35,153 bases of DNA, taken from the NCBI RefSeq assembly GCF_004010195.1, contig NC_057750.1, positions 12,910,834 through 12,945,986 of the forward strand. Direction: 5' to 3'. The position numbers and the translations under genes were made by a program. The stretch is from Chiloscyllium plagiosum. Taxonomy: Eukaryota. Under the pieces are notes generated by a model, which saw nothing but the letters and a program-made list of their open reading frames with translations, searched no databases and was not told where the DNA came from. Shown in pieces: positions 1 to 10,745 of this stretch; the stretch's first letter is position 1, and every line of letters begins with the position of its first letter.

Positions 1-229
1 CTCCCTTTGCTCTTCTTGGCACTCTCTTTAAATCCTTCCTCGCTGATCTGTAACTCTCTATTGCTTCATCTGTACCATTTTGCCTCATCAACACATAAGC
101 CTCTTTCTTCTTCTTAACAAGAGATGCACTTTCTGTAGTAAACCATGATTTACAAACTCTGTCTGTGCCAGTTGGGTCACCCCACAGCCATTGATTTTCC
201 AAAGACAACAATCCAAGTTTTTCCAATCT

Positions 230-830
230 CTCCCAATCCAGGCAACATCCTGGCAAACCTGTTTCCACCTTCCCAAAAGCCTTCACATTCTACCTATAAT
301 GTGGTGATCAAAACGGCACACAATACCCCAAAGGTGGCCTGATTATAGTTTTATATTCACTCCCCTGACAAAAGAAGTCAAGCCTGCCATTCACCTCCTT
401 CACCACTTTCAGGGATCTTTCAGCTTGCAACTGAATATCCCTCTGTATATCAGTGCTGGTCAGGGCCCTTCCGTTTATTGTATACATTCCTCTTGCTATG
501 TGTCTTCCAAAACCCATCACCTCATTCCTCTTGCTATGTGTCTTCCAAAACCCATCACCTCACACTTGTCTGAATTAAACTATATCTGCAATTTCTCCAC
601 AAAACTTTGACTCATCTCTTTCTTGCTGTATCCTTTGACATCATTCTTCACGATTCACAACTTCAACAGTTTGTGCCATCTACAAACTTGCTAATTAAAT
701 CGTTTACATTTTCAAACTTTTCATTTATATATATATTACAAACAACTGATGTCCCAGTTCTGATCCTTGTGGAACAGCATGAGCCATAGACCTCCAGCCA
801 GCAACATACCCCTGCACAACTGTTGCTGGG
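230..830 (-). mobile_element. Degraded CR1-clade LINE ORF2 (RT) fragment
   Basis: Minus strand reads AVPQGSELG (cf. GVPQGSVLGP) near 750-780 and ISKFVDGT (cf. ISKFADDT) near 673-695; stops and frameshifts throughout. Confidence 0.75.
485..560. repeat. Perfect 38-bp tandem duplication
   Basis: cattcctcttgctatgtgtcttccaaaacccatcacct at 485-522 and 523-560. Confidence 0.95.
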
Positions 831-899
831 AGAAATATCAAAGAGGAGCCTTGAGTTCTGTGTTGAGCAGCATGACCAACGTTTATTCAGAGCTCCTTA

Positions 900-1900
900 C
901 TAATACATGATGGGAGAGGTCCCTCTCTGGCTCCCCCAGATAAGTCCAGCATTTTGATGTGTTTACTTCATACGTTCCAGTAATATTTTCCCCCGACCTG
1001 AACTCCAGGGTTTGGAATGTCAGCTCGGATATTTCCGTGTTCCCTTTCACAGTCTCGGATTCTCTCAGCTCATGCAGCTGCTTTGCCAGTTCTTTCACAA
1101 ATGGTTTAACCCTATCCTTGACATTGCACATCTCCAGCCTCCCACTACCACATGTCTCTGGCCCTCCCACTACCATACCCTGTGGCATCTGCATAGTCCA
1201 TCCAGTCATAATTTAAAGGGGGACAGCCCCGTCCCCTTTGCTGGGGTTGTCCTCAGTTTCATTAAGCTGGTGGGGAGTACCCTAACCCATCGCTGTCCTG
1301 TCTCTGAGAGAGCCTTAGTCAGACTAGCTTTCAGTGTCTGCGTCATTCCTTCTACTGTCCCAGAGCTCTGGGGGTGGTATGGGGGATGGGATTTCTGTTC
1401 AGTACCAAACAGGGCACATAGCTCTTTAGCTATGTTTCCTGTAACATTTGTCCCTTAGTCAGACTCTGCAGGGGAATGCTTCCACCCACTGAGTAAACCT
1501 ATTTATTAAAACCTAGTAGGGCTTCCTTCCCTGGGATTGGGATGGGTGTGTGTGTAAAATCCATCTGTAATTGTTCCCATGGGCCCCTGGGTCCCTGCTG
1601 CTGCCTCCATTTTATCCTGATTGCTTTCCGTGGCTCACACTGTGAACACACTACACAAAACCTTGCTGTATTTCTCCCTGTTCCAGGCACAGATTGTAGT
1701 GGATCATCTGATATTGCATTTTATCCTCCCCGAAATGGGCCAGCCCATGATATGTTTTTAATAATGTTTGTCTTATACAGTGTAGTGGCACTGCTGGATC
1801 ATCCAGACTCTGTTGTGTCCTATTACTGCCCCACCCTTTTCCCATTCCTGTTTCTCCTGTTGTGGGATTGTTTCTGGGAATATCTTTAAACCTCCTCTCT
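900..1900 (-). pseudogene. pol: ERV integrase remnant
   Basis: HHCC: YHGLAHFG...FCVVCSQ. Core: WEQLQMDF, RFTQWVEAFP, SD*GT, YHPQSSGTVEGMTQTLKASL, WVRVLP...LRTTP...GLSP. Confidence 0.92.
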
Positions 1901-1965
1901 CACTTCTGTAGCTACGCCCATTGCCATCTCCTCAAATGCCTGCACTGTTTCAGTCAGTATTTCAC

Positions 1966-2330
1966 TTATAAAATTATTAAAGGATTGGACACTCTGGAGA
2001 CAGGAAGCATGTTTCCGCTGATGGGTGAGTCCTGAACCAGAGGACACAGTTTAAAAATAAGGGTTAGGCCACTTAGAACAGAGTTGAGGAGAAACTCCTT
2101 CACCCAGAGAGTGGTGGGTGTATGGAATGCACTGCCCCAGAAGGCTGTGGAGGCCAGGTCTCTGGATACTTTCAAGAAAGAGTTGGATAGAGCTATTAAG
2201 GATAGTGGAATCAAGGGTTATGGGGATAAGGCAGGAATAGGATACTGATTGAGGATGATCAGCCATGATCATAATGAATGGTGGTGCTGGCTCGAAGAGC
2301 AGAAGGGCCTACTCCTGCGCCTATTGTCTA
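1966..2330 (+). mobile_element. CR1-clade LINE 3' end inserted into ERV pol
   Basis: YKIIKGLDTL...RGHSLKI...FTQRVV..WNALP..VEA.SL..FKKELD plus 3' UTR; flanked by ttcac at 1961-1965 and 2331-2335 (candidate TSD). Confidence 0.88.
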
Positions 2331-2335
2331 TTCAC

Positions 2336-2615
2336 CTGCCTTGCCCACATACTCACTGCCCTGTTGGTGTGAGGTTTCTACTTTCCTGTGAGCTATAATC
2401 TTCATTATTGCTGCTTCACTGGGAAAGTTAGCTGCTTCCACAAACTCTCTGACCTGTTCTTCATGCTCTATGTGGCCCCCAGACAAGGTGATGTACCCTC
2501 ACCGAGCCCAGGCCATCACTTGGTCATGAACTATACCAAAGGCATGCTGTCTGTCTGTGTATATGCTGACTCCCTGACCCCTGGCTAATGTCTGTGCTTC
2601 TGTCAGGGCTCGTGA
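2336..2615 (-). pseudogene. pol: ERV RNase H C-terminal part
   Basis: ALTEAQTLARGQGVSIYTDRQHAFGIVHDQVMAWAR*GYITLSG...AAIMKIIAH matches the retroviral IYTDSxYAFG...W..RG pattern. Confidence 0.85.
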
Positions 2616-2619
2616 TGGT

Positions 2620-3320
2620 TCTGCCATTTCTGAGTAATTCTCCACAAAAGTCCTCCAATAATTAAACAATCCTAAAGTTTGCCTTATCCCCTTCACGGTT
2701 TGCGGGTGGATAGTTTTGAAATCGTGGTCTTTCGTTCCACTGGGATTGTCCCCCTCCTTTCCTGATTTGATTTCCCTGATGTGATGTCCCAGGTACATCT
2801 CTCCTGACCTTCCCACGCTCTGTGGGTTAATTTTAAGCCCGGCCTGCCTGACCTGACCCAATTCTCTGTGTAATATCTGGATATGTTCTTTCTCTCCAAC
2901 TGAGATATTGAGGTGTTGGTAAGATTAAATTGACGAACTCCATCAGCCATATATCAGTGGGATATACTGGAATATTATGGGATCCCTGAGGTAACTGGAT
3001 CCAGGTCTACTGCTTTCCTCAGACAGTAAATACTAGCTTAGTCTGCCGTTCCAGGTCCACAGGAACCCATTCACAATATCAAGGGCTGAGACTGTATCCT
3101 GTTGTAATTTTAATCCATTAAATACAGTGGTGTGGTTCACTACTGTAGGATACTCTTTAGTGGCGGATTTACCGAGGGAGGTATAATCAATAGTGAGGTG
3201 GGATGAGCCTTTCGGCTTCTGTGAGTTAGTCTGGGATACTGTTGGTCTGACTATTCCCTGCTTTTCTCACAATTACTGCCTCCTCAGCCTCAGCTTTAAT
3301 GGGATCCGGTTTGTGTGGGG
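2620..3320 (-). pseudogene. pol: ERV reverse transcriptase remnant (YxDD segment deleted)
   Basis: Across frameshifts: GIVRPTVSQTNSQKPKGSSHLTIDY, SALDIVNGF, TWIQLPQGSHNIP, EHIQILHRELGQVRQAGLKINPQ, YLGH, PQTVKGIRQTLGLFNYWRTFVENYSEMAEP. Confidence 0.9.
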
Positions 3321-3499
3321 AGTGAGAGAGCCCTCGATCTTTACAGGAACAACATATAATAACCAACATTCCTGTTTGAGTTACCCACACTGCTGTTTGG
3401 GTCCTAGATATAACTCCCCAGATTCTCTGACAGTTCCAGTCTCCCTTCCCTGCAAGGTAACTAATCTGGAGATGTCGCCTCTCCTTTGCTTCCTGTCCC

Positions 3500-3800
3500 G
3501 GGCCTGGCCAGGTTGTTCCCATATTATAGTTTGTGTCTCTACATCAATAGTTGCTCCGAACTGTTCTAAAATGGGAACTCCCAGAATGGTCCTTTCCTCA
3601 GTTTCACACTCCCATATCTGAATATATTTTGCCATATCCATGATCTGCATTGGGGCAGGTTTATTTCATCCAGCTTCCTCGATTCCCTCTCCAACTGCTC
3701 TCATTTTAGTAATTGAGGGGTGAGGGGCAAATCCGTATCGGTAACTGATATAGATGCACCTGTATTAATATTATGTTCTGCTGGTTCCCAAACACAGCAT
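3500..3800 (-). pseudogene. pro: ERV aspartic protease remnant
   Basis: INTGASISV (NTGA at 3766-3755, from D-T-G-A) and downstream TILGVPILEQFGATID, the ILGxxxL motif. Confidence 0.82.
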
Positions 3801-3869
3801 CAATGAATATTCATGTGCCTACGTTAATTCATGCACACACACAATGTGAACATCTATCTCCCTCTTTCT

Positions 3870-4820
3870 GCCTACGTTCCTTGGCTATGTGCCCTTTCAT
3901 GCTTCACTTGTAACATTGTGGGTCTGGTTACCCTCCCTGTATTGCAGCTATTCCCCTGTGTTTCTGAGGTTTGCCTCAGTTCTCATGGCCCAATTCAGAA
4001 TGTGGTTAGAATTATCTCCCACTTGGAGTCCCATGTTTATAATTACAGTTAAATAGGGTCCCAGGTCATCTTTTAAATACATCAAACCTATTTCATCATC
4101 ACAGATTGGGGTTTGGTAATCCCCCGTGGCCCTTACACACCTCAGGCTTCCTCTCTGTATGATCCTCGAAATTACCCTTGGGTCCCTGAGGCACCAAGGT
4201 TATTTTAGCCCATTCAGCCTTTCCCCTCCCCAGTGTATCCCTGTAATATCTGTAAATGCCTGGAGACACTGATCGGCTGTGCACTGGGGGGGAACCGGCT
4301 CACACCCTCACCTTCTCATTGCAGAGACAGGTTCTGCTGTACACGTCGGGGCATCTTGGCCTAAAAGATTTTAGCCTGATACCATCATCGGTACCTCAAC
4401 TAATTTATGCATTCTCCCAATAAGGCCCATTATTACCATTTCTCTATCAGGCTGGGTATTCATTCACCAACATCTGTTCAGCCGGGTAAACAGTTCAGTT
4501 TGGTTTCTGTCAGTTCCCTTTCGTGCCCCCCTCCTGTCTGTCCAAGTTTGAGCTTTGATGCACAGCGGTGCCATAGACACGGCCTTCTGGGCCTTACAGG
4601 GCAGTGGGTCATCCCACTCATTGCCATCCCTCTGTCCATATGTGAGCACTTTGTCATCTAACCTGTTCCAGTCAGTGTCACCATCCTCACTGCCTTCTGA
4701 GGAGAGCGGGGCACGAGGTACCTCCCCCACTGTAACTACCACCTGGCCCTTTAACTTTAAGGCCTCACGTCTGAGAGCCACCACCTTCACTTGTTCCTGT
4801 TTCCCATAATAATGTAACAC
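3870..4820 (-). pseudogene. gag: ERV gag remnant (capsid MHR-like motif and nucleocapsid Zn knuckle)
   Basis: WAKITLVPQGPKGNFEDHTER in ORF 4099-4284 resembles the major homology region. 3915-3874 reads C-Y-K-*-S-M-K-G-H-I-A-K-E-R, a CX2CX4HX4C motif with two Cys codons mutated (TGA, CGT). Confidence 0.8.
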
Positions 4821-5997
4821 ATCCTGTCATTCCTGGAATAAAACAGAGCAAAATGTGAATTTGGTTTGACTTGAAACATTAATAATTTGACATTCACTTT
4901 ACATATCTATAGAGGTGAAAATTCTTCTGTGATTATTTAAGTGAATTTAACGTGATCATACAGTGAAAATAACTGATAATCAACGAAAATGAATGAACTG
5001 AATAATATGTGATTATTTGTCCAAGTTCTTGCAATGAAAATTCAATTTTATTTAAAGCTTGTCACCCATTACACCATGGGCATTCTTATTAGGGAATAAA
5101 GTAATGGAAGGATATCAGAGAAAATAAAAANNNNNNNNNNNNNNNNNNNNNNNNNNNNNNNNNNNNNNNNNNNNNNNNNNNNNNNNNNNNNNNNNNNNNN
5201 NNNNNNNNNNNNNNNNNNNNNNNNNNNNNNNNNNNNNNNNNNNNNNNNNNNNNNNNNNNNNNNNNNNNNNNNNNNNNNNNNNNNNNNNNNNNNNNNNNNN
5301 NNNNNNNNNNNNNNNNNNNNNNNNNNNNNNNNNNNNNNNNNNNNNNNNNNNNNNNNNNNNNNNNNNNNNNNNNNNNNNNNNNNNNNNNNNNNNNNNNNNN
5401 NNNNNNNNNNNNNNNNNNNNNNNNNNNNNNNNNNNNNNNNNNNNNNNNNNNNNNNNNNNNNNNNNNNNNNNNNNNNNNNNNNNNNNNNNNNNNNNNNNNN
5501 NNNNNNNNNNNNNNNNNNNNNNNNNNNNNNNNNNNNNNNNNNNNNNNNNNNNNNNNNNNNNNNNNNNNNNNNNNNNNNNNNNNNNNNNNNNNNNNNNNNN
5601 NNNNNNNNNNNNNNNNNNNNNNNNNNNNNNNNNNNNNNNNNNNNNNNNNNNNNNNNNNNNNNNNNNNNNNNNNNNNNNNNNNNNNNNNNNNNNNNNNNNN
5701 NNNNNNNNNNNNNNNNNNNNNNNNNNNNNNNNNNNNNNNNNNNNNNNNNNNNNNNNNNNNNNNNNNNNNNNNNNNNNNNNNNNNNNNNNNNNNNNNNNNN
5801 NNNNNNNNNNNNNNNNNNNNNNNNNNNNNNNNNNNNNNNNNNNNNNNNNNNNNNNNNNNNNNNNNNNNNNNNNNNNNNNNNNNNNNNNNNNNNNNNNNNN
5901 NNNTTGCCTTATTTTCAGCTAATTATTCACTTTCCATTTCCTGGTTGTGTTGAATGTTACAGAAACAGACTGAGCAATGTTTTCATTCACTTGTGTT

Positions 5998-6165
5998 GGA
6001 GTCACTGACAGCCACGTGGTCAGTCAGTTTCAGGCTGATGGATCAGTTTCTCTGTCCTATTAGATGGTGGTCACTTGCTCAATTTCCGATGGCTCACCTG
6101 AGCGTCACTCCATCAGCTGCTGAAACCCTGCATCCAACATTTGTTCCCTCTCACCATGACTAAAC
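5998..6165 (+). pseudogene. Possible immunoglobulin V-set pseudo-exon (FR1-CDR1-FR2-like)
   Basis: GVTDSHVVSQFQADGSVSLSY*MVVTCSISDGSPERHSISC*, then frameshifted PTFVPSH. Q-to-C spacing of 17 matches IMGT Q6-C23; TGC at the expected Trp position. Recognised by pattern only. Confidence 0.35.
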
Positions 6166-6904
6166 CAATACAGTCCCAGCTTGTCTTCCACATTCACNNN
6201 NNNNNNNNNNNNNNNNNNNNNNNNNNNNNNNNNNNNNNNNNNNNNNNNNNNNNNNNNNNNNNNNNNNNNNNNNNNNNNNNNNNNNNNNNNNNNNNNNNNN
6301 NNNNNNNNNNNNNNNNNNNNNNNNNNNNNNNNNNNNNNNNNNNNNNNNNNNNNNNNNNNNNNNNNNNNNNNNNNNNNNNNNNNNNNNNNNNNNNNNNNNN
6401 NNNNNNNNNNNNNNNNNNNNNNNNNNNNNNNNNNNNNNNNNNNNNNNNNNNNNNNNNNNNNNNNNNNNNNNNNNNNNNNNNNNNNNNNNNNNNNNNNNNN
6501 NNNNNNNNNNNNNNNNNNNNNNNNNNNNNNNNNNNNNNNNNNNNNNNNNNNNNNNNNNNNNNNNNNNNNNNNNNNNNNNNNNNNNNNNNNNNNNNNNNNN
6601 NNNNNNNNNNNNNNNNNNNNNNNNNNNNNNNNNNNNNNNNNNNNNNNNNNNNNNNNNNNNNNNNNNNNNNNNNNNNNNNNNNNNNNNNNNNNNNNNNGTC
6701 TGTAGTGTACTGTCTGAGAGTGTGGGGGAGGCAGAATGAACTAGGACATTTCAGAGGGATGTGGATCACTCTCTGAAAAGGAAGAAAGTGCAGGGTTATT
6801 GGGAAAAGGCATGGGACTGAATGTTGGTGATTTGCTGCATGAAAGAGCCAGCACAGCTCTGCTGTCACTACTCTGCATTCAAAACCTACCTCCTCCCCCG
6901 ATGA

Positions 6905-7340
6905 AATGAAAGCATTGCATTTAAATAGCGCTTTTCACAACCACTGCTTTTCTTGAAGCCCTTTGCAGACAATGAAATACCTTGTGAAGTGTGGTCATTG
7001 CTGTACTGTATGGAACACAGCACAACATTTGCACAGCAAACTCCCTTTATCGATGTGATAATGACTTGGTCGTGCTTTTGCTGATGTTGGTTAAGGGTTG
7101 GATATTGGGTGGAATGTTGGGGACAATTCACCCGATTTCCCTCCAAACAGAGCCATGGGATCTGTTAGATTCAACTGAGCAGTGGTGGGAGGAAAGGAGG
7201 GAGGGAGCAGTTTCCTCGGTTTTCTGTCTCAGAACAACGGCTCCTCTGACAGTGCAGCACTCTCTCAGCTCTGCACCGCTCCGTCAGCTGTGATTCACAC
7301 ACTCACGGCAGGATTTAAACCCAGAGCCTGTAAGGTATGA
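6905..7340 (-). mobile_element. DeuSINE (SacSINE1/AmnSINE-like)
   Basis: Minus strand: tRNA-like head (gggtttaaatcc...gagtgctgcactgtcagagg), central Deu-like tract (gatcccatggc...tatccaacccttaaccaacatcagc...ggagtttgctgtgcaaatg) and tail aaagcgctatttaaatgcaatgctttc. Confidence 0.7.
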
Positions 7341-7929
7341 GTTGCTGCCCTGTTTCCGGAAAATTCCAGGCCACCTGTTGAATCTGAGGAGGAACGTGCG
7401 TCGCAAGGTTTCCTGTTTGCACCTCACACAGCCTGAGAAATATCTGATAGTCAGCCTGATAACAGTCAGAGCAAAGGTTTCCTCAAGCCCATGTGCATCC
7501 AGGGGACACTCCAATGCAGATTCAAACTCCTGCAAACTGTCTGACCATTACAGGACGCTTCGAGAAATCTGACCTCATGGCACCTCAGACTTGAGACAGA
7601 GCTCTCTTTCTCTCTCTGTGTGTGAGCAGAGCAATAGCCCCTTTTAAAATATTCTTCATCCAAAAGACCTTCAAACTATTCAATCAGCCCCAGCCCCCCA
7701 CTGACTGTTTGGCAGGCAGAGATATGGTCAGGCTGTCTCTGTGTGAGTTATCCAGAACTCCAGGTGACTGTCCTGCTGACTTGATCCCATACCCCTGATC
7801 CATTCAAAAAAATGCATCTATCCCTTTATTAAATTTATTCATGAAGGGACACATGTCTCATTCATGTCGTCCTAGTAACAACGTCTAATGAGCTAATGTA
7901 CCTTGTACCTGACTGCGATCATACAACAA

Positions 7930-8365
7930 TGGGGAGACGATGGCCTAGTGGTATTACCGCTGGACTGCTAATCCAGAGGCCTGGGTAATGTTCCAGGGAC
8001 CTGGGTTTGAATCCTGCCACAGAATGGTAGAATTTGCATCCAATAGATATCTGGAATTAAATGTCTAATGATGACCATGAATCCATTGTTGGAAAAGTTC
8101 TCCCTTCAGGGAAGGAAACTGCCTGATCTGGGCTACACGTGACTCTAGACCCAGAGCGATGGGCTTGACTCTTAATTGCAATGGGCAATTAATGCTGAGG
8201 AGAAAGTGAGGTCTGCAGATTCTGGAGATCAGAGCTGAAAATGTGTTGCTGGAAAAGCGCAGCAGGTCAGGTAGCATCCAGGGAACAGGAGAATCGACGT
8301 TTCGGGCATAAGCCCAATTAATGCTGACCCAGCTGGAGAAGCCCACATCCTGTGAAAGAATAAGG
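7930..8365 (+). mobile_element. tRNA-derived SINE (second family) carrying a Penelope mini-insertion
   Basis: A-box tggcctagtgg, B-box-like gggtttgaatcc; tail gggcaattaatgctg...cccacatcctgtgaa shared with copies at ~23300 and ~29170 and with the LINE end at 17570-18150. Confidence 0.7.
8199..8314 (-). mobile_element. Penelope-derived terminal mini-element with partial hammerhead
   Basis: 13-bp TSD caattaatgctga (8186-8198 / 8315-8327); minus strand GGGC-ttat-GCCC-GAAACGTC. Confidence 0.85.
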
Positions 8366-8448
8366 AAAAGCCACAAAGTGTTAGCTTACAAGCCTCATCT
8401 TGTTAAGATTTGCTTGTGCTGTTCCTCAGCTGCTGTAAACCGAATCAG

Positions 8449-8716
8449 AGAATCCCTACAAATGTGGTACAGGGCCATTTGGCCCATCGAGTACACACTG
8501 AGCCTCTTGTAAAGTATCCCACTCAGACTTTCCCTATCCCCTGCATTCCACCCTAACCTGCACACCTTTGGACTGTGGGAGGAAACCGGAGCAAACCAAC
8601 ACAGACACGGGGAGAATGTGCAAACTCCACACGGACAGTCATCCAAGGCTGGAATCGAACACAGGTCCCTGGGGCTGCGAGGCAGCGGTGCTAACCACTG
8701 AGCCACCGCGCCACCT
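8449..8716 (-). mobile_element. HE1-like SINE
   Basis: Minus strand head ggtggctcagtggttagcac, central gactgtccgtgtggagtttgcacattctcccc, tail ending tgtagggattc. Confidence 0.88.
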
Positions 8717-8828
8717 CAAATAGACCCTGTCAAGCAAAGAGACTTGGAGCCAATATTGTTCCACCCGCTATAATGCCCTCACCCCATGAATAATGAAACA
8801 AATCATTGATGCCACCATTGACCCTGCT

Positions 8829-8930
8829 GTTGATTTTCCTGCTCCTGGGATGCTGTCTGACCTGCTGTGGTTTTCCAGCACCACTCTAATCCAGACTCTG
8901 GTCTCCAGCATCTGCAGTCCTCACTTTCGC
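8829..8930 (+). mobile_element. Penelope-derived terminal fragment
   Basis: gttgattttcctgctcc...ctgctgtggttttccagcaccactct...ctgcagtcctcactttc; same terminal unit as 15795-15880, starting at the position of the GTC triplet. Confidence 0.8.
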
Positions 8931-9483
8931 CATTGCTGACATTAAGTCACTTCCCACTCCCATTCCGAAGTGGGAGAAAGATTAAATCAAGGGGAGTCAT
9001 GTTGGAGCACTTGAGCACAGGGGTTGAGGGGACATGGTGTGGCCTGGCAAACCAATCCCCTCTTAGGGACAGGGCACATCGGGCACTGGTGCATTGCCCC
9101 TCGCAGCTGCCTCACTCTCCTGTCGACATCGCCCCCACCTTATCCATCATTTACAGAAAAATGTCCTGAGCTTTGCAAATGCTGCCGCGGTTCCTCTTCT
9201 CTGTCACCAGACCCGGGGATGGGATGGGGGTGGGGAGTGCAGTGTAGACTGATGGAGAGGCTGCTGAGACTGAATACTTTCAGAGTAATCTGAGATTCAG
9301 CCCATCCCCCAATCCTCAGCCCTTTCTGGAGCAGTCCAGGTGACGATCACTTTTACACAGCCCATTTACTTTGCTTATAGTAAAGGGATCCTTTTAGTTA
9401 GGAACGTTATTTATTGCTTCCAGTCCTGTGGCCTGCAATCATCTCAGGTCTGATGCAGTAAGAAAAATCGCAGTGCTTAAGAC

Positions 9484-9900
9484 AAACACGCTGACACACA
9501 CACACATGCTCTCACACACATACACAGACATGCAGACACACACACTCTCACACACATACACAGACATACACATCTACTCACACAGACACGTAGACACACA
9601 CACACTCTCACACTCATACACAGACACTCTCTCTAACACACACACTCTCTNNNNNNNNNNNNNNNNNNNNNNNNNNNNNNNNNNNNNNNNNNNNNNNNNN
9701 NNNNNNNNNNNNNNNNNNNNNNNNNNNNNNNNNNNNNNNNNNNNNNNNNNNNNNNNNNNNNNNNNNNNNNNNNNNNNNNNNNNNNNNNNNNNNNNNNNCA
9801 CGTAAACAGCCACACACACACACGCAGACACACTGACACACACACACACTCACATGTTGACACAAACACATCCCCATACATGCAGACACACACATGCACA
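9484..9900. repeat. Degenerate (CA)n-rich microsatellite interrupted by a gap
   Basis: cacacacaca/cacacatacacagacaca runs on both sides of the N run at ~9651-9798. Confidence 0.9.
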
Positions 9901-9904
9901 TGGG

Positions 9905-10125
9905 TGAAGAAATCTCTCCTCATCTCAATCCTAAATGGTCCACCCTCTCCCCTTAGACTCTAATCCTTGGTTCTGGATCCCCCGGTCATCCGGAACACCC
10001 TTTCTGGATTTACCCAGTTAGAACTTGATAGATTTATATAAGGTCCCGTCTCTTCATTCTTCTAAACTCCAGTGAATACAATCCATCTTGATCCAATCTC
10101 TCTTCATCTGTCGGTCCTGCCATCA
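9905..10125 (-). mobile_element. CR1 LINE 3' fragment
   Basis: gggtgaagaaatctctcctcatctc...ggttctggatcccc...cttctaaactccagtgaatac is antisense to the CR1 ORF2 C-terminus. Confidence 0.7.
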
Positions 10126-10139
10126 GAGGACTCCGCAAA

Positions 10140-10400
10140 GCCTGTCCAAAATCTACAGTTCAGGAGCGTGATGGAATGCTTTCCTCTTGCCCGGATGAAG
10201 ATAGGGCCATCATTACTCAAGAGGTTTGACTCTATCCAGGACAGAGAAACCCTCTTGATCAGCACCTTATTCTTCAACACTCATACCCTCCACCACAGTG
10301 GCATCAGTATGCACCCTCTACAAGGTACATTACAGCAACTCACCAAGCAAGGGTCCTTTCCAAGTAGTCCTAAACTTAACCAGAGGTCAAGCACCCCCAG
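10140..10400 (+). mobile_element. LINE 3' fragment (same family as 17570-18150)
   Basis: FDSIQD...TLHH segment is similar to the 17600-17700 sequence. Confidence 0.55.
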
Positions 10401-10559
10401 GGGCTGAAGAATGGGAATGTTCTCTCCTTTGATGGCACAGATGATCAGAGGTTGTGGATATATTGGCTGTGACTTCAGTGTGGCTGGATCAAAGTCGTGG
10501 TTAGCACTCCTTAATAGCACTGTATGAGTACCTGCTTCAGAGAGAGTCACCGATTTGTA

Positions 10560-10745
10560 CAACATGGAGACCAGATTATTTGGTCCACCTCGTCCATGCC
10601 AACCAGATATCCTGAACTAATCTAGTCCCATTTGCCAGCATTTGGCCCATATCCCTCTAAACCCTTTCTAGTCATGTTCCCAAGCAGATGCCTTCTAAAT
10701 GTTGAAATTGTACCAACCTCCACCAGTTCCTCTGGCAGCTCAGTC
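10560..10745 (-). mobile_element. HER1/CR1 LINE 3' end
   Basis: Antisense of EVGTISTFRRHL plus 3' UTR; near-identical to 16325-16530. Confidence 0.8.

Larger units (their letters stand above)
880..4830 (-). mobile_element. Decayed endogenous retrovirus internal region (gag-pro-pol); no LTR or env seen
   Basis: Retroviral domain order on the minus strand: gag MHR-like, CCHC remnant, protease, RT, RNase H, integrase. Many stops, frameshifts and deletions. Confidence 0.92.

Noticed and set aside
883..1209. ERV env gene
   Set aside because: The ORF directly continues the integrase core (after GLSP) and lacks a signal peptide, furin site, CX6CC or TM segment. The downstream 230-830 region is a CR1 fragment.
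4830..5130. 5' LTR/PBS of the ERV
   Set aside because: The sequence is AT-rich with no TG...CA boundaries, no PBS and no matching repeat near 830-880; a gap follows.
6141..6868. ORFs of 174-224 aa (similar cases at 9428-9923 and across 19710-19747)
   Set aside because: They are made largely of N gaps or microsatellite sequence.
7930..8020. tRNA genes at A/B-box motifs (also at HE1 heads)
   Set aside because: Each continues into a repeated SINE body and tail; no complete cloverleaf is evident.
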